NCBI GenBank assembly: GCA_016234365.1
Contig: JACRER010000017.1
Span: 8,052-72,051, forward strand
Length of the DNA stretch: 64,000 nucleotides
Reading direction: 5' to 3'
Source: Elusimicrobiota bacterium
GTDB taxonomy: Bacteria; Elusimicrobiota; Elusimicrobia; Elusimicrobiales; UBA9959
The notes under the pieces were generated by a model, which had not been told where the DNA came from, did no database searches, and saw only the letters and a program-made list of their open reading frames with translations. How positions within the stretch are numbered: position 1 is the first letter of the stretch; the number at the start of each line of letters is the position of its first letter. Positions 47,313 to 56,142 of this stretch are shown piece after piece. A program made the translations under genes and the position numbers.

Positions 47313-47699
47313 CTAGAATTCGCTCCAGAACCGCCCTTTCTCGTCCATGTGGGAGCAGTCTATGAAGACCAGCCCGAAATCTGGGCTGCCGGGAACGTTT
47401 ACGTAGGCCCAGCCGCCGGTGTCACGCACTTGCCTGGAGGGAACGTCCTTTACCGACGAGGCGCCCCTGTGGCGGCGCAGTTTGAGAAGAGGAGCCTCCT
47501 CCAGTTTTCCGTAGCGGATCACCTCGGCGTAGGAGGCCGGCGGCCCCTTGTGTTCTTGCGCGTAAAGCGCCAGCGCCATCCGCAGGCCGGACAGCCCGCG
47601 GATCACGTCCGTCGCGCCCATTCCCCGGTACAGGTAGAAGAGGCCCCACGCGCCCCCGAGGAGAGCCGCGGCGGCCGCCGCAAAAGTGAATTTTCTCAT
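47313..47699 (-). CDS. Hypothetical membrane-anchored protein with a pilin/pseudopilin-like globular pattern but no prepilin cleavage motif.
   Basis: The N-terminal hydrophobic helix MRKFTFAAAAAALLGGAWGLFYLY lacks G-F-T-L-I-E. LRMALALYAQEHKGPPASYAEV and GGWAYVNVPGSPDFGLVFIDC resemble type IV pilin headgroups. Confidence 0.5.
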   Translation of the reverse strand: MRKFTFAAAAAALLGGAWGLFYLYRGMGATDVIRGLSGLRMALALYAQEHKGPPASYAEVIRYGKLEEAPLLKLRRHRGASSVKDVPSRQVRDTGGWAYVNVPGSPDFGLVFIDCSHMDEKGRFWSEF

Positions 47700-47791
47700 A
47701 AAAAAAGTGAATTGCCTGAAAAACGGGCGTCCGTTTATTTTAGTAGAATAATATAAAGTTTTCCGACCATCTTACAAAGGGGACCCTGAAA

Positions 47792-49144
47792 ATGAAAATA
47801 CTGTGCCTTAACTGCGGAAGCTCTTCAGTGAAGTACCTGCTTTTCGACTGGCAGGCCAAAATGACCCTCGCCTCCGGAGTAGTGGAGCGCGTGGGGATCG
47901 GCTCCTCCTTCATCAACCTCGAGGCCCCCGGGCGCGAGAAGGTGACCGTCAATCAGGATTGTCCCACTCATAAGGACGCCATCCAGCTGGTAATTACCAC
48001 CCTGACCCACAAGGAACACGGCGTTATAGACGGCCTTTCCGGCATCACCGCCGTGGGGCACCGCGTGGTGCACGGCGGCGAGAAGTTCGTTAAATCCGTG
48101 ATCATCGACGATAAGATAGTGGAGACCTTCCGCGAACTTTCCTCGCTGGCCCCGCTGCACAACCCGCCCAACATCCAGGGCATAGAGGCCGCGCGCTCGC
48201 TGATGCCCAAGATCCCGCATATGGCCATCATGGACACCGCCTGGCACCAGACCATGCCGGAGGCATCCTATATGTACGCCCTGCCCCGCGCCTGGTACGA
48301 TAAGTACGCCATCCGCCGCTACGGCTTTCACGGCACCTCCTTCCTGTACAACGCCAAACGCGCCGCCGTACTGCTGAAGAAAGATCCCTTCAAGACCAAC
48401 CTTGTCATCTGCCACATCGGCAACGGGGCCTCGGTCAACGCCGTGCGCAACGGCCTTTCCTACGATACCAGCATGGGCTTCACCCCCCTGGAAGGCCTGG
48501 TGATGGGCACCCGCGCCGGAGACCACGACCCGGCCATCCCGCTGTACGTGATGGCGCGCGAGAGCATGAACCCCGGCGAGATGGACGCCATCCTCAATAA
48601 AAAATCCGGCAAGCTGGGCATCACCGGTAAATACAGCGACGCCCGCGACGTGGAAGTGGCCGCCGAACAGGGCGACGCCCGCTGCCAGCTGACGCTGAAC
48701 ATGGAAGCCAACCGCATCCGCAAGTACATAGGCGCCTACGCGGCGGCCGTGGGCGGCATAGACGCGGTGGTCTTCACCGCCGGCGTCGGCGAGATGGGCC
48801 CGCTCACCCGGGCGGGCGCCCTGAAGGAACTGGAGTTCATGGGCATAAAGATGGATTCCGAAAAGAACGACGCGTCCAAAACCCGCAACGCCGAGACCGA
48901 GATCTCCTGCAAGACCTCCAAGGTGAAAGTGTTCGTGATCCCCACCGACGAGGAACGGGTGTTCGTGGAGGACGTGGTGGGCCTGATGAACGGCACCTAC
49001 GACATCCATACCCGTTTCGACTATACCTTCCAGCATCCCGGCTACCGCAACAAACTGCGCGACGGCGAGTTCGCCAAGCAGTGCCTGAAGAAACCGGCGC
49101 TGCTGAAGGTCGCCGCCGACCCCCTGGACGCCGCCAGGGCCTGA
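47792..49144 (+). CDS. ackA: Acetate kinase (with a C-terminal extension of about 45 aa).
   Basis: MKILCLNCGSSSVKY, GHRVVHGG, RYGFHGTS, FTAGVGE. Confidence 0.94.
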   Translation: MKILCLNCGSSSVKYLLFDWQAKMTLASGVVERVGIGSSFINLEAPGREKVTVNQDCPTHKDAIQLVITTLTHKEHGVIDGLSGITAVGHRVVHGGEKFVKSVIIDDKIVETFRELSSLAPLHNPPNIQGIEAARSLMPKIPHMAIMDTAWHQTMPEASYMYALPRAWYDKYAIRRYGFHGTSFLYNAKRAAVLLKKDPFKTNLVICHIGNGASVNAVRNGLSYDTSMGFTPLEGLVMGTRAGDHDPAIPLYVMARESMNPGEMDAILNKKSGKLGITGKYSDARDVEVAAEQGDARCQLTLNMEANRIRKYIGAYAAAVGGIDAVVFTAGVGEMGPLTRAGALKELEFMGIKMDSEKNDASKTRNAETEISCKTSKVKVFVIPTDEERVFVEDVVGLMNGTYDIHTRFDYTFQHPGYRNKLRDGEFAKQCLKKPALLKVAADPLDAARA

Positions 49145-49153
49145 GGCGGGGAT

Positions 49154-50155
49154 ATGAAGGATATCCGCCGCCGGTTCCTCGCGGCCCTGACCGCGCTGGC
49201 GGTGCTTTTCGCGGCCGGCGTGGGAGGGTATTCCCTGATTGAAGGCTGGAGTTTTCTCGACAGCCTTTACATGACGGTAATTACCCTCGCCACCATCGGC
49301 TACGGCGAGACCCACCCCCTGTCCGATCCGGGCAGGGTCTTCACCATAATACTTATACTGGGCGGGATAGGCGTGATGACCTACATCTTCACGTCCATCA
49401 CCGAGCTCCTGATGGAGGGAGGCCTCCGAGAGGCCTACCGGAGGTTCAGAATGCAGGATAAGATAGAGAATATGTCCGGCCATTTCATAGTCTGCGGGGC
49501 TTCCCGCTCGGGCCTTAGCGTCTGCGAGGAACTGCGCAAGACGGGGCGCCCGTTCACGCTGGTGGTCCTGGCCGAGGACGAACTGAAGAAGTACATGGCG
49601 CTGGGCTGGTGCGTAGTGACCGGCGACGCCTCGTCCTGCTCCACGCTGGAGGCCGCCGGGGTAGCCCGCGCGTCCGGCATCTTCTGCGCCCTCCCCAACG
49701 ACAAGGACAACGCTTTTATAGCTATCACCGCGCGCGGCATGAACCAGGCCGTCCGGATAATCACGGTGCAGAACGAGCACAACCCCGAGATGACCGGCAA
49801 ATTGGTGCGGGCCGGCGCGGATATCGTGGTAAACCCCTCCCATATCGGCGGCCTGCGCATGGCGTCCGAAATGGTGCGCCCCGCCACCGTGCAGTTCCTG
49901 GACTCCATGCTGCGCGGCCAGAAGGGCGGTATAAGGTTCGAGGATATTTCCACCGGCGCCGGTGCCGAGGGGCGCTCCCTGGGCGAATTCAAGGGCGCCG
50001 ACCGCAAAGGCGCCCTCATCGTGGCCATGAAGAACAAGGCGGACAACACCTACGAGGTGAACCCCCTGCCAGGAGTGAAGCTGAAGTCCGGGGACGTGCT
50101 GGTGGCGCTTGGCACCCCGGAAGAGCTGAAGGCTCTTTCCTCGGCCCTGGCCTGA
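49154..50155 (+). CDS. Potassium channel with RCK/TrkA-N and TrkA-C domains (MthK-like).
   Basis: Two TM helices plus a pore with filter TLATIGYGE. Rossmann-like HFIVCGASRSGLSV. C-terminal TrkA-C (GDVLVALGTPEEL). Confidence 0.88.
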   Translation: MKDIRRRFLAALTALAVLFAAGVGGYSLIEGWSFLDSLYMTVITLATIGYGETHPLSDPGRVFTIILILGGIGVMTYIFTSITELLMEGGLREAYRRFRMQDKIENMSGHFIVCGASRSGLSVCEELRKTGRPFTLVVLAEDELKKYMALGWCVVTGDASSCSTLEAAGVARASGIFCALPNDKDNAFIAITARGMNQAVRIITVQNEHNPEMTGKLVRAGADIVVNPSHIGGLRMASEMVRPATVQFLDSMLRGQKGGIRFEDISTGAGAEGRSLGEFKGADRKGALIVAMKNKADNTYEVNPLPGVKLKSGDVLVALGTPEELKALSSALA

Positions 50156-50194
50156 CCCCCTGCGCGGGGCCTAAAATTTGTTAAAATTCCAGTA

Positions 50195-50431
50195 ATGAAG
50201 TTCCGCGACATAATTTTCCTCGGCCTCCCCGCCATAGTCCTGTGGGTCGCGGGCATCTTCGTGCTGGGCATCTTCCTTATAAAGTGGTTCTGGATGTGGA
50301 CCATCCCCGCGCTTTTTCCAAAAGCCGTGGAGGCCGGCTACGTGGCCGGCGTCATCTCGTGGTGGACGGCGCTCAAGCTTTCCGTGCTGGTGGCCCTGCT
50401 GGCCGCCATAACTAATATTTCCAAACGATAG
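50195..50431 (+). CDS. Small hypothetical membrane protein (2-3 TM helices).
   Basis: 78 aa, hydrophobic, with GC-rich third positions. No homology recognised. Confidence 0.45.
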   Translation: MKFRDIIFLGLPAIVLWVAGIFVLGIFLIKWFWMWTIPALFPKAVEAGYVAGVISWWTALKLSVLVALLAAITNISKR

Positions 50432-50446
50432 TTAAAAGGGGCAGGG

Positions 50447-51664
50447 GTGAAAAAACTCAGTCTGATTCCGGTGCTGCTGGCGGCCTTTGCCGCCTGCTCC
50501 CGGCCCGCCGCCGATAACTCCAGGACCATAGTTGTCTGGGAACAGGAAGACGCCCAGGTCGCCCCTTACATAGATTCCGTCTTCGCGGCTTTTGAGAAAC
50601 TCCCCGAGAACGCCGGGGTGGAGATAGTCCGCACCCATTACCAGCCCGAGGACCTGCGCTCTCAGTTCCAGGCGGCTTCGCTCGCCGGCGTCCCCCCCGA
50701 CCTGCTGCTGGGCCCTTCCGATACCGCCGGCCTCTACGCCGTCTCCGGCTTCATCGTCCCGGTGGACGGGATGTTCGATTTCTCGAAGTTCAACGAGCCG
50801 GTGGTGGAGGCTATAACCCTCTACGGCCATACCTGGGGCGTGCCGGTCTCCAACGGCAACCACCTGCTGATGTTCTACAATAAGAAATTCGTGAAGGCGG
50901 CGCCCAAGACCACCGACGAACTTTTTTCCTTCTGCGCGGGTGACGCCAAAAAGTACAAACTGGACCGCTGCATCGCTTTCGACATGGGCGAGCCGTTCTG
51001 GCTGATGCCGTGGCTGGGCGCCTTTGGCGGCTGGCCCATGGACGGCAAGACCCCCACGCTGGACACCAAGCCCATGCGCGACACGCTGGCTTTCTACCTG
51101 GACCTGAAGTACGATAAGAAATACGTGCCGATGGAATGCGACTATAACTGCATGGACTCCCTGTTCAAGGAGAACAAGGCCGCGTTCATCATCAACGGCG
51201 ACTGGGCCATCTCCGGCTACCAGAAGCACCTGGGCCCTGATTTCGGCCTTTGCGTCATCCCCAAGCTTTCCAGCACGGGCCGCTGGCCTTCACCGATGGT
51301 GAGCGGCAAGTATTTCACCTTCAGTTCCGGCCTGAAGCCTGAGAAGCTGGCGCTGGCCAAGCGCCTGGTGGAGTTCTACGTTTCCCGCGAGAACCAGGTG
51401 AGGCAATACCAGACGCTTACCCGCCTGCCCGCCCTTAAGGCCGCCGGTTCCGCCAAAGAGATAACTTCCGACGAGGTTTCCCGCATTTCCCTGGACCAGA
51501 TCATCAAAGGCCGCCCCATGCCCATGGCCACCGAGATGCGCGCCGTCTGGGACTCCGCCCGCAACTACATGGGCCTGGCCACCACGAAGAAACTGGATAT
51601 CGACACCGCGGTGAAGAAGATGCAGGAGAATACCGACCGCAAGATAGCGGAGATGAACAGGTAA
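50447..51664 (+). CDS. Sugar ABC transporter substrate-binding lipoprotein (MalE-like, family 1).
   Basis: GTG start. Lipobox LLAAFAAC. Family-1 SBP length and pattern, upstream of the MalF/G/K-like genes. Confidence 0.88.
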   Translation: MKKLSLIPVLLAAFAACSRPAADNSRTIVVWEQEDAQVAPYIDSVFAAFEKLPENAGVEIVRTHYQPEDLRSQFQAASLAGVPPDLLLGPSDTAGLYAVSGFIVPVDGMFDFSKFNEPVVEAITLYGHTWGVPVSNGNHLLMFYNKKFVKAAPKTTDELFSFCAGDAKKYKLDRCIAFDMGEPFWLMPWLGAFGGWPMDGKTPTLDTKPMRDTLAFYLDLKYDKKYVPMECDYNCMDSLFKENKAAFIINGDWAISGYQKHLGPDFGLCVIPKLSSTGRWPSPMVSGKYFTFSSGLKPEKLALAKRLVEFYVSRENQVRQYQTLTRLPALKAAGSAKEITSDEVSRISLDQIIKGRPMPMATEMRAVWDSARNYMGLATTKKLDIDTAVKKMQENTDRKIAEMNR

Positions 51665-51666
51665 AC

Positions 51667-52851
51667 ATGGAAATTATTAGGTCCATCCTGGAAGTGACGG
51701 GGTTCATCGTCCTTATAGCCGCCGGCGTCGCGGCCCTGGTAGGCTATCTCTACACCCATTTCAAGTATTACGACCGCGGCTGGTTCGCCTGGGTCGCGCT
51801 GGGCGTTTATCCTCTTCTGGCCCTGGCCGCCCTCGGGGCCGCCGGTCTCCATCCGCATTCGGCCCTGCGGTCGCTGTTCTTCGCCTCGGTGATCATCTAT
51901 GCTTTTTTCCGCTACGTAGTGAAGGGGCGGCATACTGTCCCCTACCTGCTGCTGGCCCCGGCCTTCGTCGGGCTCGCGCTGCTGCTTGTCTACCCTTTCG
52001 TGTTCGAAGTTTACCTCTCCTTCCATGACCTGAAGCTGACCACCATCATGATGTGGAAGAACACGGGGTCCATCCCCTTCGTCTGGTTCGAGCAGTACGT
52101 GAAGGTCTTCACCACCTCCCCCCTTTCCGAGGTCTCGTTCTGGGCGCTGCTAGGCCGGACGCTGCTGTGGACCTTCTCCAACGTCTTCTTCCACGTCGCG
52201 GGCGGCTTCGCGCTGGCGCTGCTGCTCAATAACGCCATCCGGTTCAAGGGCTTCTACCGCACGCTGCTCGTTATCCCGTGGGCCATGCCGCAGGTGGTAG
52301 CGGTGCTCGCCATGCGCGGCGAGTTCCATTCCCAGAACGGTTTCGTGAACATAGTGCTCACAAAGCTCGCCGCGGCCTTCCCCTTCCTGGCCTCGCTGGG
52401 AGTGGGCCCGGTGCAGTGGTTGAGCGACTACCCGCTGCTGACCTGCACCATCATCAACGTCTGGCTTGGCATCCCTTTCATGATGGTGGTGATCCTGGGC
52501 GGGCTGCAGAGCATCTCCTCCTCGTATTACGACGCCGCCGACATAGACGGCGCCTCCTATTTCCAGAAACTGCGCTTCATTACCCTGCCGCTGATAAAGC
52601 CGGTGCTGATGCCGGCCGTCACGCTGGGCACGGTGTGGACCTTCAACAATATCAACGTTATCTACCTGGTGACCGGTCAGGCCGGCGGCACCGAGCAGGC
52701 CGACATCCTTGTGTCCGCGCTCTATAAGGCGGCCTTCACATATAACCGCTACAGTTATTCTGCCGCTTTCGCTATCGTCGTATTCGCGCTGCTGTTTTTC
52801 ATCTCGGTCACCTACCTGCACGGCTTCGACGCCGCAAAGGAAGAGCGGTAA
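51667..52851 (+). CDS. Sugar ABC transporter permease (MalF-like).
   Basis: 394 aa. EAA-type loop SYYDAADIDGASYFQKLRFITLPLIKP. Confidence 0.9.
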   Translation: MEIIRSILEVTGFIVLIAAGVAALVGYLYTHFKYYDRGWFAWVALGVYPLLALAALGAAGLHPHSALRSLFFASVIIYAFFRYVVKGRHTVPYLLLAPAFVGLALLLVYPFVFEVYLSFHDLKLTTIMMWKNTGSIPFVWFEQYVKVFTTSPLSEVSFWALLGRTLLWTFSNVFFHVAGGFALALLLNNAIRFKGFYRTLLVIPWAMPQVVAVLAMRGEFHSQNGFVNIVLTKLAAAFPFLASLGVGPVQWLSDYPLLTCTIINVWLGIPFMMVVILGGLQSISSSYYDAADIDGASYFQKLRFITLPLIKPVLMPAVTLGTVWTFNNINVIYLVTGQAGGTEQADILVSALYKAAFTYNRYSYSAAFAIVVFALLFFISVTYLHGFDAAKEER

Positions 52852-52852
52852 T

Positions 52853-53704
52853 ATGAGCCAACAAGACGCCATCCGCAGACGCAAGCGCATAAAGTACTTC
52901 CTGATACACGCCGTCCTCCTCGCCACGGCCGCGCTCTTCGTCTACCCGCTGTTGCGCATCTTCTCGGTCTCGCTGCGCCCCGGCGACAAGCTGTTCTCCA
53001 CGGACCTGTCCCTCATTCCGGCCGGCGCCACGTTCATCGCCTACGCGAGCCTCCTGCGTGACACCATGTTCCTGCGCTGGCTGTGGAACTCGCTCTTGAT
53101 CACGCTCGCTACGTCGTTCATCGGCGTGTCGCTGGCCTCCACCGCCGCCTACGCTTTCTCCCGCTTCCGCTTCCCCGGCAAGAAGGCCGGACTCATCCTG
53201 CTCCTGTCGAGCCAGATGATCCCCGCCGGCATGCTCATCCTGCCGCTGTTTTTGATGATCATGAAACTGAAGCTCATGAACACCTACCTGGGCATGATCA
53301 TCGCCTACTCGGTCTCGTCGCTGCCGTTCAGCATCTGGATCCTCAAAGGCTACTACGACACCATCCCCCGCTCGCTGGAAGAGGCCGCCCTGGTGGACGG
53401 TACCAGCCAGGTGGGCGCGTTCTGGCGCATCATCCTGCCCCTTTCCACGCCGGCGCTCAGTATCGCCTTCCTGTTCAATTTCACCACCGCCTGGAACGAA
53501 TACCTGGTGGCGCGCGTGGTGCTGTTCAGCGCCAAGCAGTATACCTGGACGCTCGGCCTGTTCGAACTGCAGGGGCAGTACATCACCCAGTGGGGCATGT
53601 TCGCGGCGGGTTCCATGCTGGTGACCATCCCCGTGCTCTGCGTTTTCCTGTATTCTTCCAAGTGGCTTATCTCCGGCCTCACCCTGGGCAGCGTGAAAGG
53701 ATAA
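52853..53704 (+). CDS. Sugar ABC transporter permease (MalG-like).
   Basis: Trimmed to ATG 52853 (MSQQDAIRRRK), 2 nt after the upstream stop. EAA loop SLEEAALVDGTSQVGAFWRIILPLSTP. Confidence 0.9.
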   Translation: MSQQDAIRRRKRIKYFLIHAVLLATAALFVYPLLRIFSVSLRPGDKLFSTDLSLIPAGATFIAYASLLRDTMFLRWLWNSLLITLATSFIGVSLASTAAYAFSRFRFPGKKAGLILLLSSQMIPAGMLILPLFLMIMKLKLMNTYLGMIIAYSVSSLPFSIWILKGYYDTIPRSLEEAALVDGTSQVGAFWRIILPLSTPALSIAFLFNFTTAWNEYLVARVVLFSAKQYTWTLGLFELQGQYITQWGMFAAGSMLVTIPVLCVFLYSSKWLISGLTLGSVKG

Positions 53705-53707
53705 CTT

Positions 53708-54805
53708 ATGGCTTCCGTGCAATTTAAAGGCATAGTAAAGAAATTCAAGGACAACCTGGTCCTCAACGGCGTCGACGTGGATATCAAGGACCACGAATTC
53801 GTGGTCATAGTCGGCCCCTCCGGCTGCGGCAAGACCACCCTGCTGCGCATGCTCGCCGGGCTCGAGGATATAACCGACGGCGAGATCCTGATAGACGGCC
53901 TGCGCGTGAACGAACTGCACCCCTCCAAGCGCCAGATAGCCATGGTGTTCCAGGACTACGCCCTTTATCCCCACATGACCGTGGAAGAGAACATGAGCTT
54001 CGCCCTGCGCCTGCGCAAGACCGACAAGGGCGAGATAAATTCCCGCGTGGACGAGGCCGCCACTATCCTCCAGCTTAAGAAGTTCCTCAAGCGCATGCCG
54101 CGTCAGCTCTCGGGCGGCCAGCGCCAGCGCGTGGCCATAGGCCGCGCCATCGTGCGCAAGCCCAAGGTCTTCCTCTTCGACGAGCCGCTATCCAACCTGG
54201 ACGCCAAGCTGCGCGAGGAAATGCGCGTGGAGATAGCCAAGCTCTACCAGCGCCTCAACGCCACCATAATCTACGTCACGCACGACCAGGTGGAGGCCAT
54301 GACGCTGGCCGGCCGCATAGTCATCATGAACCACGGCATTATCCAGCAGGTCGGTTCGCCCATAGAGGTCTACCGCAAGCCTGGCAACCTGTTCGTGGCC
54401 GGCTTTATAGGCAGCCCTACCATGAACTTCATGACCGGCAAACTTTCGCTGCAGGGCGAGACGCTGCTGTTCACCGGCGGCGACCTGAAGTTCACCATCC
54501 CCTCCTTCGTGCTGCACGACGCGAAAAAGCACGACGGGCGCGAGGTGACGGTGGGTGTACGCCCCGACGACGTGCTGGTGGGCCGTACCAGCGATAAATG
54601 TTCGGACAAGGTGGAGGGCGTGCTGGAGGTCTGCGAACTGCTGGGCCACCGCGAGAACCTATATATCAAGGTCGGCGAGACGCGCCTCCTGGCCACGGTG
54701 GAGGCCTTCTTCGACCGCAGCCCCGGCAGCGCGGTCTCCCTGTGCTTTAATTACGCCAATATGCACGTGTTCGACAAGGCCACCGAGAAACGTATAAGCG
54801 AGTAG
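53708..54805 (+). CDS. Sugar ABC transporter ATP-binding protein (MalK/UgpC-like).
   Basis: Walker [36 protein letters not shown]-terminal TOBE-like regulatory domain. Confidence 0.94.
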   Translation: MASVQFKGIVKKFKDNLVLNGVDVDIKDHEFVVIVGPSGCGKTTLLRMLAGLEDITDGEILIDGLRVNELHPSKRQIAMVFQDYALYPHMTVEENMSFALRLRKTDKGEINSRVDEAATILQLKKFLKRMPRQLSGGQRQRVAIGRAIVRKPKVFLFDEPLSNLDAKLREEMRVEIAKLYQRLNATIIYVTHDQVEAMTLAGRIVIMNHGIIQQVGSPIEVYRKPGNLFVAGFIGSPTMNFMTGKLSLQGETLLFTGGDLKFTIPSFVLHDAKKHDGREVTVGVRPDDVLVGRTSDKCSDKVEGVLEVCELLGHRENLYIKVGETRLLATVEAFFDRSPGSAVSLCFNYANMHVFDKATEKRISE

Positions 54806-54832
54806 GCAAGATATTCCGGGCTTTTGTATAAT
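54804..54832 (+). promoter_or_regulatory. Putative promoter for the ferredoxin gene.
   Basis: TGTATAAT at 54825-54832, the same octamer as upstream of tRNA-Lys. A TAGGCA -35-like element lies about 18 nt upstream. GGAGG Shine-Dalgarno sequence before ATG 54873. Confidence 0.4.
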
Positions 54833-54872
54833 TATCAGGTAAGATTTTTGGAAAAATTACGGAGGTACTAAA

Positions 54873-55055
54873 ATGAAAGCTGCCATAGACACCCCTTCCT
54901 GCATCGGCTGCGGTCTCTGCGCCAATGATTGCCCCGAAGTTTTCGAGATGAACGCCGACAAGGCCATCGTTAAGGGCGCCGTGCCCGCCGGCAAAGAGGA
55001 CGCCTGCAAGAACGCGGCGGCCAACTGCCCCGTGCAGTGCATAAAGTGCGAGTAA
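54873..55055 (+). CDS. Small single-cluster ferredoxin.
   Basis: 60 aa. CIGCGLCANDCP ... CPVQC. Confidence 0.88.
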   Translation: MKAAIDTPSCIGCGLCANDCPEVFEMNADKAIVKGAVPAGKEDACKNAAANCPVQCIKCE

Positions 55056-55137
55056 ACTAGTTTAAAGCCGTCCCCCCGTGGACGCACAGGCCCGCCTGGG
55101 TTTCTCAAAGGAAGAACAGGCGGGCCGCTATATTTAT

Positions 55138-56088
55138 ATGAAAGAAGAAACCGATATACACGGCAAAAAGATGGGCGTGGTCAGGCTTTCGATAATCTCG
55201 AACAGCGCCCTGGTGGTATTCAAGCTGATCGTCGGCTTCGCGATCGGCTCGGTTTCCGTCCTGTCCGAGGCCATCCATTCCGGCATAGACCTGGTGGCCG
55301 CTATGATAGCCTATTTCGCCGTGCGCTCCGCCGCCCAGCCCGCGGATAAAGACCACCATTACGGCCACGGCAAGTTCGAGAACATCTCCGGCTTCGTGGA
55401 GGCCCTTCTTATCTTCCTGGCCGCCGCCTGGATCATTTTCGAAGCCGTGGATAAGCTGATACACCCCCGCTCCATAGACATGATAGGCTGGGGTATACTG
55501 GTGATGGGCCTGTCCTCTTTCGTGAACATGGCGGTCTCACAGATGTTGTTCAAGATCGGCAACGAGACCGATTCCATAGCCATAAAGGCCGACGCCTGGC
55601 ACCTGCGCACCGACGTCTACACCTCCATGGGCGTCATGGGCGGCCTGGGGCTGATATGGATCATAGAACTGCTCTGGACCGGCCACCACGTGCATTGGAT
55701 AGACCCCCTGGCGGCCATTGCCGTGGCCCTGCTCATCATAAAGGCGGCTTACGACCTGACCGTGCAGTCGTTAGGGGACCTGCTCGACGTTTCACTGCCC
55801 AAGGCGGAGAATGTAAGGATAGGCGAACTTATAAAGGCCCAGGCCGGGGTCATCAGCTTCAAGAACCTGCGCACCCGCAAGGCCGGCGCGCACCGCTTCA
55901 TAGAATTCGACATGCTGGTGGACGCCGCCATGTCCGTGGAAACGGCGCATGAACTGGCCGATTCTGTTACCGGCGCGGTCAAAGCGGAACTGCGCAACGC
56001 CGAAATCACCATTCACATAGAGCCATGCAAGCCCTGCGTCCCGGAGGCTTGCGGCGCCAACTGTTCCTCCGCTGCTAAAAAGGCTTGA
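55138..56088 (+). CDS. Cation diffusion facilitator (CDF) family metal efflux transporter.
   Basis: Trimmed from GTG 55078 to ATG 55138. TM2/TM5 metal-site motifs LSEAIHSGIDL and HLRTDVYTS. C-terminal cytoplasmic domain. Confidence 0.88.
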   Translation: MKEETDIHGKKMGVVRLSIISNSALVVFKLIVGFAIGSVSVLSEAIHSGIDLVAAMIAYFAVRSAAQPADKDHHYGHGKFENISGFVEALLIFLAAAWIIFEAVDKLIHPRSIDMIGWGILVMGLSSFVNMAVSQMLFKIGNETDSIAIKADAWHLRTDVYTSMGVMGGLGLIWIIELLWTGHHVHWIDPLAAIAVALLIIKAAYDLTVQSLGDLLDVSLPKAENVRIGELIKAQAGVISFKNLRTRKAGAHRFIEFDMLVDAAMSVETAHELADSVTGAVKAELRNAEITIHIEPCKPCVPEACGANCSSAAKKA

Positions 56089-56096
56089 ATGGGCAA

Positions 56097-56127
56097 TAAA
56101 AAAGGCCGGCACCCGCCGGCCTTTTTC
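56097..56127. terminator. Bidirectional intrinsic terminator.
   Basis: AAAAAAA-GGCCGGC-ACCC-GCCGGCC-TTTTT between convergent genes. Confidence 0.85.
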
Positions 56128-56142
56128 ACGCCCTGACGTTCC

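Noticed and set aside
49154-50155. K+ channel selectivity filter reads TIGYGE instead of the usual T(V/I)GYGD.
   Set aside because: It is a conservative Asp-to-Glu change just outside the filter core. Without an alignment I cannot say it is unusual for this subfamily.
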